Below are positions 27,771 through 37,112 of a DNA stretch of 64,000 bases, in pieces. The position numbers were made by a program, and so were the translations under genes. The DNA comes from Acidimicrobiia bacterium (GTDB lineage: Bacteria; Actinomycetota; Acidimicrobiia; Spongiisociales; ZC4RG35). The stretch is from positions 2,272,001 through 2,336,000 of the forward strand of contig OZ244034.1 in the NCBI GenBank assembly GCA_965215185.1, in the 5' to 3' direction. Position 1 is the stretch's first letter; every line of letters starts with the position of its first letter. Below the pieces are notes generated by a model. That model did no database searches, was not told where the DNA came from, and saw only the letters and a list, made by a program, of their open reading frames with translations.

Positions 27771-28967
27771 ATGAGCCACAGCACACTGCGAACCGCGCTG
27801 GCGGAGCGCACCCTGCGAATTCGCGGCGGACACGAATCCCCCTACTTCCAGATCATACGGAAGGTACAAGGGCGTGACGACATCATCCGTTTGGTGAGAG
27901 GAGAGCCGGATATCCCGACCCCCTCCCACATAATCGAAGCCGCCAAGCGCTGTCTGGACACAGGGCATGTCGGATATACCCCTCCCGGCGGGATGATCGA
28001 GTTGCGGGAAGCCATTGCCCGCAAATTCAAAAAGGACAACAACCTTGAATACGACGCCGAGTCCGAGATACTGGTCACCGCCGGCGCCCAGGAGTCGATG
28101 GCGGTAAGTCTCCAGACTCTTGTGGATCCGGGGGATGAGGTTCTTCTGGCCACCCCTCATTACATGGCCTACCCGGCCAACATCATCATGGCCGGTGGGA
28201 AGATCGTCTATGTGCCCACCGTGGAGGAAGAGGACTTCGAGTTGAAGCCCGAAGCTATCGAAGCCGCCATCACCGACCGCACCAAGCTATTGGTGCTGGT
28301 CACCCCCAACAACCCCACCGCCGGAGTGATAACCGCCGAGACCTTGGAGGCTATTGCCGAGGTGGTGCGGGCCCATCCGGGTCTAGTGGTGATATCGGAC
28401 GAACTGTACGAGAAGGTGGTGTACGACGGCTTCGAGCACGTCAGCTTTGCCACCCTGCCAGGGATGTGGGACCGGACCATAACGATCAACGGGTTTTCCA
28501 AGGCCTACAGCATGACCGGATTCCGCGTTGGTTACATGGCCGGGCCGGCCGACTACATCCTGGCCGCCACCGAGCCGCGCCATTCGCTCAGCATCTCCAC
28601 CTCGCTTCCCTCCCAGCATGGAGCGCTGGCTGCCCTAGAGGGACCTCAGGACTTCCTGGCCGAGATGATGGAGGAGTACCACCAGCGCCGGGCCGTGATG
28701 AGAGCGACTTTCGATGAGTTGGGCGTTACCTACGGCGAGCCCAAGGGCGGGTTCTACTTCTTCGCCAACATCTCGGGATCAGGCATGGACGCCGTTTCTT
28801 TCGCCGAAAAGGCGGTTGATTACGGAATCCTCTTCTCGCCCGGCAACATCTTCGCCGAGGGCGCGGTCAAGTACATCCGCATCTCCTACCTGGCGCCCCG
28901 AGATCAACTGCACGAGGCCATGGACCGCTTCACGCGCCTTTGGAACGACTGCCGGAGCGGCAAGTGA
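27771..28967 (+). CDS. Class I/II PLP aminotransferase (aspartate aminotransferase-like)
   Basis: GEPDIPTP, PNNPTA, SDELY and NGFSKAYSMTGFRVGY. Confidence 0.92.
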   Translation: MSHSTLRTALAERTLRIRGGHESPYFQIIRKVQGRDDIIRLVRGEPDIPTPSHIIEAAKRCLDTGHVGYTPPGGMIELREAIARKFKKDNNLEYDAESEILVTAGAQESMAVSLQTLVDPGDEVLLATPHYMAYPANIIMAGGKIVYVPTVEEEDFELKPEAIEAAITDRTKLLVLVTPNNPTAGVITAETLEAIAEVVRAHPGLVVISDELYEKVVYDGFEHVSFATLPGMWDRTITINGFSKAYSMTGFRVGYMAGPADYILAATEPRHSLSISTSLPSQHGALAALEGPQDFLAEMMEEYHQRRAVMRATFDELGVTYGEPKGGFYFFANISGSGMDAVSFAEKAVDYGILFSPGNIFAEGAVKYIRISYLAPRDQLHEAMDRFTRLWNDCRSGK

Positions 28968-29941
28968 GCGGCCCGGCGGTAGCCCTGGTCGAAGAGTTCT
29001 CGCCCGCCCACGTGGCGGCCCTTCGCAATGCCCTCCCCGACGGCGCCACGGTGCTTACCGACGCCGTCGGTTCGGGGACCATCGGACAGGCCGACTACCT
29101 GGTGCTCCGGCAGGAGAGCCTCGACGACGAACAGTTGAACGCCCTCTCCTCCCTCCGGGGAGTGGTCACCATCGACTCGGGGGGCGCCACTGTCTCCCCG
29201 CAGATCTGCGACTCCCTGGGAGTGTGGACCGAAGTCGTCCTGTCTCCCGGGCCAACCAGCGTGGCCGAGCACGCCGTAATGATGATCCTGGCGCTCTTCA
29301 AACGCCTTCCCACTGCTCACCGACGTCTCATGGACGGGGTGATAGTTGAAGGCATGGCGCCGTTCATAACCGATCAAGTGAACTACTCCTACAACTGGGT
29401 GGGCCTGGAGATATTCGAGGCTGTGTTGGGTAAGACAGTGGGGTTGGTCGGTGTCGGCCAGATCGGACGCGTGGCGGCCAAGCTCCTGGTGGCGTTCGGG
29501 GTGGATGTCGTCTACACCAAGCGCAACCGCTTCACTGCAGAAGAGGAGCAGGAGTTGGGCATCCGCTACCTTCCCTTCGAGGAACTCCTGGCCGAGTCGC
29601 ACTGTGTCTCGCTCCATAACCGGTTCACGCCGGAGACCGAGAAGATGATGGGCCCCCGAGAGTTCGCCATGATGCCCCGCGGCTCGTTCTTCGTCAATAC
29701 CGCTCGTGGGCGGTTGGTAGACGAGGACGCCCTGATGGCCGCCCTGCACAGCGGGCATCTGGCGGGCGCCGCACTGGATGTCTTCTGGTGGGAGCCCATC
29801 CTTCCGGACAGTCCTCTCCGGAACACCCCCAACCTCCTGATGACCCCCCATACCGCGGGGACACCCGCCGGCGACACAGTGGCCCTGGAAATGGGCTCCG
29901 CCGGAAGAATCATCCGCCGACGAAATGGAGCGACGAGATGA
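28964..29941 (+). CDS. D-2-hydroxyacid dehydrogenase family
   Basis: SVAEHA, GLVGVGQIG, NTARG, DVFWWEP and TPHTAG. GTGA overlap with the upstream stop. Confidence 0.9.
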   Translation: MSGPAVALVEEFSPAHVAALRNALPDGATVLTDAVGSGTIGQADYLVLRQESLDDEQLNALSSLRGVVTIDSGGATVSPQICDSLGVWTEVVLSPGPTSVAEHAVMMILALFKRLPTAHRRLMDGVIVEGMAPFITDQVNYSYNWVGLEIFEAVLGKTVGLVGVGQIGRVAAKLLVAFGVDVVYTKRNRFTAEEEQELGIRYLPFEELLAESHCVSLHNRFTPETEKMMGPREFAMMPRGSFFVNTARGRLVDEDALMAALHSGHLAGAALDVFWWEPILPDSPLRNTPNLLMTPHTAGTPAGDTVALEMGSAGRIIRRRNGATR

Positions 29942-31320
29942 GCGAACAGACCTTTGTCGGCATGCAGGTGGGAGGGATCAGTTTCATCGACGAGGGCATC
30001 GAGGAAACTCTCGACACCTTCGTGGAACTGGCAGGGGTGAACGCCATTTTCATCTCGGCCCTCTCATGGGCGCGGGGTAACGCCGGGCGCTCCGGCAGCG
30101 GCGACTACCCCGACCACGGCGGGCAGGAACCCGACAACCTGCAGGGCGGGGCTTTCTTCCCGCCCAATCCCAAGTACTACCACGGCACGTCCATCAAGGA
30201 CTTCACCGCCCCCGATCCCCTCTATGAGGGCTGGGACATCCTGGGCGACGTGATTCCCGCCGCCCGGGAAAGAGGCATGGAAGTCTTTCCCTACTACTGC
30301 GAGACCGCCCACGTCAATCCCAAGGCGCTCTGGCAACCGGGTTTCGCCCAGGTGCTGGAGATTGACCCGTGGGGCCGAAAGGCCAGCCGTCCATGTCTTT
30401 ACAACCCCGACTACCGGAACTGGTGGTTCGGGGTGATCGACAACTGGCTGAGCGAGTACGACCTGAGCGGGATGCTGTGGGGAATCGAGCGGGAAGACCC
30501 TCTGTCCTCGATGATCGTCAGCAACGAAGTACCCACGTGCTTCTGCGCCCACTGCCGCTCGGAAGCCCACCGCCGCAACATCGACGCCGGGCGGGCGGCC
30601 GAGGGGTATCGGAAGATCAGCGATTACCTCAGCGCAGTACGGGCTGGCTACCAGCCTCGCGACGGGAAGCTGATCACATTCCTGCGGCATCTGTTCGAGT
30701 ACCCCGAGGTCTCGCAGTGGCAGAAGCTGTGGTGGGACGGTCACAAGGATCTCTACCGGGAAATCTCCGGCCTGATCCGCTACTTCGGCGACGACTACCA
30801 GGTGGGCTTAGGCATCTGGCAGATGATCAATACCTTCAATCCGCTGCTGCGAGCGGCCCACGATCCCGCCGAGTACAAGCTGTACGCCGACTGGCTGAAG
30901 CCGGTGTTCTACAACGCACCGGGTGGCGCACGGTTCGCCAAATTCGTGACCAACCTGTGCCAGACCATCCTGGGCGATGCCAGTCCCGCAGAGTGGACAC
31001 CGATCCTCTACAAGATTCTCGGCCTGGACGAGGCGCCCTTCGAGGACCTGCCTCCCACCGGTTTCAGCCCCAAATATGTCGCCGATTTCACCCGCCGCTA
31101 CGTAGAAGCGGTGGGACCCGAGGTGGCTGTCTATCCCGGCATCGGGCTGGGAGTGGAGACTGTGGCCCGAGACATCTCTCCCGCCGACTGTGAGGCTATG
31201 GTCGAAGCCTCTTTCGAAGGCGGCGCCGAAGGTGTGATGATCTCTCGCAATTATTCGGAATTGACCCTCCCCAACTTGGCCGCGGTGGGAACCGCCCTAC
31301 GCCGCCTCGGAAAAATCTGA
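29938..31320 (+). CDS. Uncharacterised protein, probable glycoside-hydrolase-like TIM barrel
   Basis: ATGA-coupled in the operon. GMQVGGISFIDEG, PDHG, CLYNPDYR..W...YDLSG, CFCAHC and VYPGIG..GAEGVMISRNY resemble GHL10/DUF187-like barrels. Confidence 0.6.
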   Translation: MSEQTFVGMQVGGISFIDEGIEETLDTFVELAGVNAIFISALSWARGNAGRSGSGDYPDHGGQEPDNLQGGAFFPPNPKYYHGTSIKDFTAPDPLYEGWDILGDVIPAARERGMEVFPYYCETAHVNPKALWQPGFAQVLEIDPWGRKASRPCLYNPDYRNWWFGVIDNWLSEYDLSGMLWGIEREDPLSSMIVSNEVPTCFCAHCRSEAHRRNIDAGRAAEGYRKISDYLSAVRAGYQPRDGKLITFLRHLFEYPEVSQWQKLWWDGHKDLYREISGLIRYFGDDYQVGLGIWQMINTFNPLLRAAHDPAEYKLYADWLKPVFYNAPGGARFAKFVTNLCQTILGDASPAEWTPILYKILGLDEAPFEDLPPTGFSPKYVADFTRRYVEAVGPEVAVYPGIGLGVETVARDISPADCEAMVEASFEGGAEGVMISRNYSELTLPNLAAVGTALRRLGKI

Positions 31321-31328
31321 TCCGCAAC

Positions 31329-32591
31329 ATGAAAGGAACACAACCTGTGCGCACAATTCTCAAAGGCGGCGTCGTCGTAAATCTGGACGGCGGGCCCTCG
31401 GAGCAACAAGACCTGGTCATCGAAGGCGAGCAGATCGTCTCGGTAGGAGCAGTGCAAGCCCAGGCGGGCGACAACGTGGTGGATGTATCCGGCATGTACC
31501 TGCTGCCTGGACTGGTGAACTGCCACGTCCATCTGGGGTGGGATGGAACCCACGACCTGGAGGATCAGGCCAACGAATCACCGGCAGTTAATGCAATGAA
31601 GGCGGTGATGAACATCCACCGCACCCTGTCGGCCGGGGTCACCACCATTCGTGACCTGGGCATGAACAACGCCAACATCGACGCCAAGACCGCCATCGAC
31701 AACGGCTGGGCGCCGTGGATTCGCCTGTTCCCCAACGGACGCGCCATCTGCACCACCGGCGGGCACACCTGGTGGTGCTGCCGGGAAGCCGACGGGATCT
31801 ACGGAGTGCGCAAGGCCATCCGGGAGCAGTTCAAGGCTGGCGCCCAGTGGATCAAGATCATGGGATCGCACGAAGAAGTGCAGTTCACCACGGACGAATT
31901 GCGCGCCATGTGCGAAGAGGCCCACCAGAACGGGATGAAGGTCACCGCCCACGCCACTTTCGATGAAGCCATCTCGAGAGTAGTGGACGCCGGAGTGGAC
32001 TGCGTGGAGCACGGTGGGTCGATGACGCCGGAGACCATTCAGAAGATGGTGGACAAAGGCATTCCCATCGTCACCACCTTCTCGCCCTTGGTGCAGCAGG
32101 TCAAATTCGGCTTGGACTTCGGGATGACCGTCTCCGATGTGGAGCGGCGCAAGGATCAAATGGCCGACACGTCTCGGTTCGCCGGCAATGCGGCCGCCGC
32201 CCGGGCAGGAATTCCCATCGTGTTCGGCACCGACGCCGGCAGCCCGGTGGTCCCCCACTACGCCATCGCCGAGGAACTCAAGTTCATGGTGGAAATCGAC
32301 GTGTGCAAAGACAACCTGGACGCGCTCAACTCCATCACTCGCCGGGGCATCAAGCTCCTGGGTCTCGAAGACCAACTGGGCAGCCTGGAAGTGGGCAAGA
32401 CCGCTGACGTGGTGGCCGTTGGAGGCGATCCCTTGGCTTCTTTGGACCACATGAAGGACGTCAAGCGGGTCCTCGTGCGAGGACACATGGCGTTTTCCTC
32501 CGAAGGCGGCTACACCCAAACCGGTCGGGACGTCGAAGGCATTGGTACCCGTTGGGGACCCGGCCCTGACATCGGCTACCGGCGGGCCTAA
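31329..32591 (+). CDS. Metal-dependent amidohydrolase (Xaa-Pro dipeptidase/carboxypeptidase-like subtype)
   Basis: PGLVNCHVHL, GVTTIRDLG, IKIM, AHA, EHG and GTDAG. Confidence 0.88.
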   Translation: MKGTQPVRTILKGGVVVNLDGGPSEQQDLVIEGEQIVSVGAVQAQAGDNVVDVSGMYLLPGLVNCHVHLGWDGTHDLEDQANESPAVNAMKAVMNIHRTLSAGVTTIRDLGMNNANIDAKTAIDNGWAPWIRLFPNGRAICTTGGHTWWCCREADGIYGVRKAIREQFKAGAQWIKIMGSHEEVQFTTDELRAMCEEAHQNGMKVTAHATFDEAISRVVDAGVDCVEHGGSMTPETIQKMVDKGIPIVTTFSPLVQQVKFGLDFGMTVSDVERRKDQMADTSRFAGNAAAARAGIPIVFGTDAGSPVVPHYAIAEELKFMVEIDVCKDNLDALNSITRRGIKLLGLEDQLGSLEVGKTADVVAVGGDPLASLDHMKDVKRVLVRGHMAFSSEGGYTQTGRDVEGIGTRWGPGPDIGYRRA

Positions 32592-32629
32592 GAGACTGTT
32601 CGGACAAAGAGACGATCTAGAAGCAATAC

Positions 32630-34018
32630 ATGCTTGATCTGAGAATCGTCGGGGGCACGGTGGTGAGCGACGGACACTCCCGGCCGGCTGATGTCGGCGT
32701 GGAAAGCCAGCTCATCACCGAAGTCTCCCCTCCTGGCGGCCTCGGGGCGGCGCGGCGGGAGATCGACGCAACCGGATTGCTGGTGATTCCCGGCGCGGTG
32801 GACGCTCACTTTCACTGCCGGGCGCCCAGCCATCCTGAGCGGGCCACCTTCGCTTCCGAGTCGCGCGCGGCAGCTTCTTCGGGTATCACCACCCTGTTCG
32901 AAATGCCGATCTCCAACCCGCCCTGCAGCACCCCCGAGGCGTTCCAAGCCCGGCGGCAGTTGGGAGAGGCCGAGAGCCTGGTGGACTTCGCCCTCTATTC
33001 GGGTGCGGGTTTCACCGATCCGGCCCGGGCAGAGGCGATGGCCGAGTGCGGAGCGATCGGATTCAAGCTGTTCACCCACCAGCCCCCGGCCGAACGGCTG
33101 AACGAATTCGAGGGTTTGTGGGCGTCGGAGCCTGATCAGATCTACGACTGCCTGCGCACGGTAGCCGCCACCGGTCTTCGCTGCGCGACGCATGCCGAGA
33201 GCCAGCATCTCATCGAGCGTTTCCGGGTTGATCAGGACCGCTTCGGCCATCCCTCCCGGCCCTCATTGGTAGAGGCCGCGGCGGTGGGACTGGTGGCCAC
33301 AATTGCCCGGGACATCGGCTTTCCCGCCCATATCGTCCACATCACCTCCCGGTTGGCCACCGAAGAGGTCCAGGCCGCCCAGGCGTTGGGAGTGGACCTC
33401 TCCGCTGAGTCCTGCCCGCACTATCTGCTGTTGGACGATTCCCACATTCCCCGTTTCGGCAACTTCGTGAAAGTGGCTCCGCCTCTGCGCCCCGCCGAAG
33501 ATGTAGCTTTCCTGTGGGAGGCGCTGACCGACGGGTCGCTGTCGGTGGTGGCCTCCGATCACGCTCCCTTCACCCCCGAAGAGAAAGCGTCCGCCGATTT
33601 CGCTACCTCCGGGCAGGGAATCCCTTCCCTTGAGATGCTGGTGCCGGCCATGATCGACGCCGGTTTGACCGGGCGATTCCCCCTGGCTCGGGCGGTGGAG
33701 GTGATGACCGCCAACCCGGCCAAACTTTTCGGCATTTATCCTCGCAAGGGAACGATCTCACCCGGATCCGACGCCGACCTGGTACTGGTGGATCCCGACG
33801 GAAGGCTGACTGTTGATTCGGCCCGGTTCCTGAGCCGATCAGGCGGAAGCGGAAAAGCCTATGACGGAATGGACTTGACGGGTCGGGTAATCACCACCCT
33901 CTCCCGAGGCCGGACAGTTTTCAGCAACGGCAAGGTCATAGGAAACTCGGGTGGAAGTTTTGTCTCTCCAGCCGGTCCGCCCCTTCATGTGACAGAGACC
34001 CAAACCTCCTCGGTTTAG
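32630..34018 (+). CDS. Cyclic amidohydrolase (allantoinase/dihydroorotase family)
   Basis: PGAVDAHFH, GITTLFEMP, FKLF, HAE, HIVHIT, ESCPHYL, ASDHAP and NPAKLFG. Confidence 0.88.
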   Translation: MLDLRIVGGTVVSDGHSRPADVGVESQLITEVSPPGGLGAARREIDATGLLVIPGAVDAHFHCRAPSHPERATFASESRAAASSGITTLFEMPISNPPCSTPEAFQARRQLGEAESLVDFALYSGAGFTDPARAEAMAECGAIGFKLFTHQPPAERLNEFEGLWASEPDQIYDCLRTVAATGLRCATHAESQHLIERFRVDQDRFGHPSRPSLVEAAAVGLVATIARDIGFPAHIVHITSRLATEEVQAAQALGVDLSAESCPHYLLLDDSHIPRFGNFVKVAPPLRPAEDVAFLWEALTDGSLSVVASDHAPFTPEEKASADFATSGQGIPSLEMLVPAMIDAGLTGRFPLARAVEVMTANPAKLFGIYPRKGTISPGSDADLVLVDPDGRLTVDSARFLSRSGGSGKAYDGMDLTGRVITTLSRGRTVFSNGKVIGNSGGSFVSPAGPPLHVTETQTSSV

Positions 34019-34138
34019 GGTCCGCATCCACTTGGCCCCGGGGCGGTTCGGACCAATCCTTTCACACACCGTTGTCTAGCGTTGGATAGGCAGTTAGTCG
34101 ACAGGCACCAAACACCTGTTCACGGCGCACTCCACCAT

Positions 34139-35896
34139 GTGGCCCTGATGAAGCAACTCCAAGCCGACGCTTCCGGCACGGGCCTGGTAACCCTGACTTC
34201 AGGTGACAATTTCCTGGCTTCTCAGGAGTTGGGGGTTTCCCTGACCCGGCAGGGTCCGCTGTATGACTCGATAGCCCTGAGCGGCATCTACGACGCCATG
34301 GCCCTGGGTAACCATGACTTCGACCTCGGACCCGAGGTGACCGCCCGGTTTGTGGCCGGGTTTTCCCCACCGGTGACCTTCCTGTCCGCCAACGTGGACT
34401 TCTCGGGCGAACCCGACCTGCAGGCCCTGGTGGATCAAGGCCTGATCGCCGGTAGCACGGTTATAGAGACCGGCGGTGAACGGATCGGCGTGATCGGAGC
34501 GGTCACACCGTTGCTGCCCAACATCTCCACCCCTCGCAACGCAGTGGTGTCACCGGTGTTGCCGGCGGTGAAGGCGGCAGTCGAAAGCCTGACCGGCCAG
34601 GGAGTGAACAAGATCATCCTGGTCAGCCATCTCCAGGACGTCAACGAGGAAATCGAGTTGGTCGCAAGTCTCTCAGGCGTAGATATCGTGATCGCCGGAG
34701 GCGGGGACGACCTGCTCCGCAACGATGGGGATACCTGCCTCCCCGACGAAGAGGCTCTGTCGCCTTACCCGATCGAGGTGAAGGACGCCTCAGGCGCGAC
34801 GGTGCCGGTTATCACCGCTCCGGGTGGGTACCGCTGCATCGGGGAGTTGAACGTCACCTTCGATGGCGACGGCAACGTCACGGTGTTCGAGGGCCGCTCT
34901 ATAGGGGTTGGTTTCGATGTGGAACCCGATCCGACGGTCCAGGCCAACGTGATCGAACCTCTAACCCAGGCGGTGGGTCTCATCGACGCCGAGGTGATCG
35001 GCGCAAGCGAGGTCGACTTGGACGGGCGCCGTTCGGGAGTCCGCACCAGGGCCACCAACGAGGGCAATCTGCTGGCGGACACTCTGCGCGCCACAGCCAC
35101 CAACCTGGCCGATGACTTCGGGATCACGGCGGCGAATGTGGCCGTGCAGAACGGAGGCGGAATCCGCAACGACGCGGTTATCCCTGCGGGTGACATCACC
35201 ACCGGACACACCTGGGACATCGCTCCCTTCAGGAACTTCGTGGTGGTCGGCGAGGTTCCACGCGAAGTCTTCCATGTGCTGCTGGAGCAAGCAGTGGACC
35301 GGATACCGGGCGCCGGGGGTCAGTTCGCCCAGGTCTCGGGGTTCACTCTCACTTACGACCCGGCCGCTGCGGCCCGGGAGATAGCCCGGGACAGCAACTG
35401 CTCTCTGAGCGGCAACCCCGGCGAGCGAGTGCGCCGGGTGGTACTCGACGACGGCACGGTCATCGTCAGCGACGGCCAGGTGGTGCCGGGTGATCCGGTG
35501 ATGCTGGCCACCATCGATTTCCTGGCCAACGGCGGGGACTGCTACCCGCTGGGAGATATCGCCTTCACCAAGCTGGGCGTCAGCTACCAGCAGGCCTTGG
35601 CCAACTACATATCGATCGATCTGGGGGGAATGATCACCGCGGCGGCGTACCCGACCGACGGGGCTGGCCGGATTGTGGCTCTGGAAGCGGTGCCCGAACC
35701 GACCCCCGAGACTTTCGAGGTTACGGTTGCGGCGGGCGACTACCTGCGGAAGATCGCTATGACCCACCTCGGGGACGAGAACCGCTGGATGGAGATCTTC
35801 GATCTCAACAAAGGCGTGACCCAGGCCGACGGTGGGGCACTAACCAACCCCGACCTGATTCGTGTCGGCTGGGTGCTGAAGATACCCACCAACTAG
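34139..35896 (+). pseudogene. 5'-nucleotidase (metallophosphoesterase, 5'NT-C and LysM domains), 5'-truncated
   Basis: SGDNF, LGNHDFD, VSHLQ, QNGGGIRN, QVSG, DFLANGGD and a C-terminal LysM (VAAGDYLRKIA..NPDLIRVGWVLKIP). Homology starts abruptly at VALMKQ; no signal peptide and no first metal motif. Confidence 0.72.
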
Positions 35897-35918
35897 CGAA
35901 GACTTCCCGTCTCGCACG

Positions 35919-35960
35919 AGCGGGTGTCCCGGCCCCAACGGCCGGGACACCCGCTTTCTT
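35919..35960 (+). terminator. Rho-independent terminator hairpin
   Basis: 16-bp perfect stem AGCGGGTGTCCCGGCC-ccaac-GGCCGGGACACCCGCT followed by TTCTT, between convergent genes. Confidence 0.85.
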
Positions 35961-36086
35961 AGACCCCCGCAACCGTGTGGGTCTACCGATGCTGGGGCGA
36001 TTCCAGAGACTGTCTGGCGCAGGATCGATGCATGGCGGCATTCACTGCTTGGGTGACCTCAAGTCCCTCCACCGGGGCACTGTCAC

Positions 36087-37112
36087 CTAGAGTTTCAGAC
36101 CGCCCTTTCGCCAGGCTGTTATGTAGTTCATGCAGAACTCGTCCCTACCCTGCAGAACGTCCTCGGCCAGCCGGTAGGCCTCTGACTCCCGATCGGCTGC
36201 GAAGACTGCGGGGAGGGAGTTCATCACCGGATCGATAATGCCACTGTCTGCGCCAGCTTCAACCGTGAGATTGATGAAAGCGGTGTTCATCAACTTGCGC
36301 GCCGGTATCCCGAAGGAGACGTTGCTCATGCCGCCGGTGATGTGAATTTCGGGACCAAAACGGTTTCGTAGAGCACGGATGGCGTCCAGGGTATGCAAAC
36401 CGAAATTGCTGTCCACAGAAATGGGAAACACCAACGGGTCCACGAAGATGTTCGCTATCTCGATCCCCGCCGCAAGGGCTGCCTCCACCATACGGGAGGC
36501 GTTGTTGACCCGTTCAGAAGCGTCCGATGGCATGCCGTCCGAACCGGCGGCGGTGACGATGACCCGTGCTCCATACCTCGCGGCCAGATCTACCGCATCG
36601 GCCCGTTCCAAAGATGCCGAGTTGAGCAGCGGCCTGCTGTCTCCCAGTCCCCGGGCAGCAGCCAAACCGGTCTCTATGACGGTGATGTCGGAGGAGTCAA
36701 CCGAGATGGGAAGGGTGGTCAGCGACTTCACATAACCGACCAGCCACGCCATAGCCTGACGCTGCTCGGCGGTTTTGAGTGATATCTCGTCAACATTCAC
36801 ATCCAGGTAGTCAGCGCCGGCCCGTTGCTGGTCCATCACCACCCGCCGCAGGTACTCGTGGCCCACTTCCGCTTCGGCGCCCCCGGCCATGGCTGCCTCG
36901 ACAGCCAGTGCGATGTGCTTTATGCGTCCCTCGTCATAGGCCTGGCTTTGGCGCATGGTCTGCGATATAGCCAGAAGCCCCGGCTTGCCGTCCTCCGACG
37001 CGAAGGGGACCCCATCGACTCCCCCGCGAGTGGCAAACCGCTTGCCCTTTCGAAGAACTATCCGACTGGTGTGGACGTTTTCCCCGATAATCGTGTATCG
37101 CCCGGCGGTCAT
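36087..37112 (-). CDS. Methylcorrinoid:tetrahydrofolate methyltransferase (pterin-binding, AcsE/MT2-like)
   Basis: IIGEN, GADYLDVNVD, ISVDSS, LLNSAS, FVDPLVFPIS, GGMSNVSFGIPARK and GIIDP. ATGA overlap with the activator gene. Confidence 0.88.
   Translation of the reverse strand: MTAGRYTIIGENVHTSRIVLRKGKRFATRGGVDGVPFASEDGKPGLLAISQTMRQSQAYDEGRIKHIALAVEAAMAGGAEAEVGHEYLRRVVMDQQRAGADYLDVNVDEISLKTAEQRQAMAWLVGYVKSLTTLPISVDSSDITVIETGLAAARGLGDSRPLLNSASLERADAVDLAARYGARVIVTAAGSDGMPSDASERVNNASRMVEAALAAGIEIANIFVDPLVFPISVDSNFGLHTLDAIRALRNRFGPEIHITGGMSNVSFGIPARKLMNTAFINLTVEAGADSGIIDPVMNSLPAVFAADRESEAYRLAEDVLQGRDEFCMNYITAWRKGGLKL

Noticed and set aside
34125-34140. CTCCACCA resembling a tRNA/tmRNA 3' end (att site) at the nucleotidase truncation point
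   Set aside because: No upstream T-loop (GTTC) or acceptor-stem pairing; an 8-mer can arise by chance.
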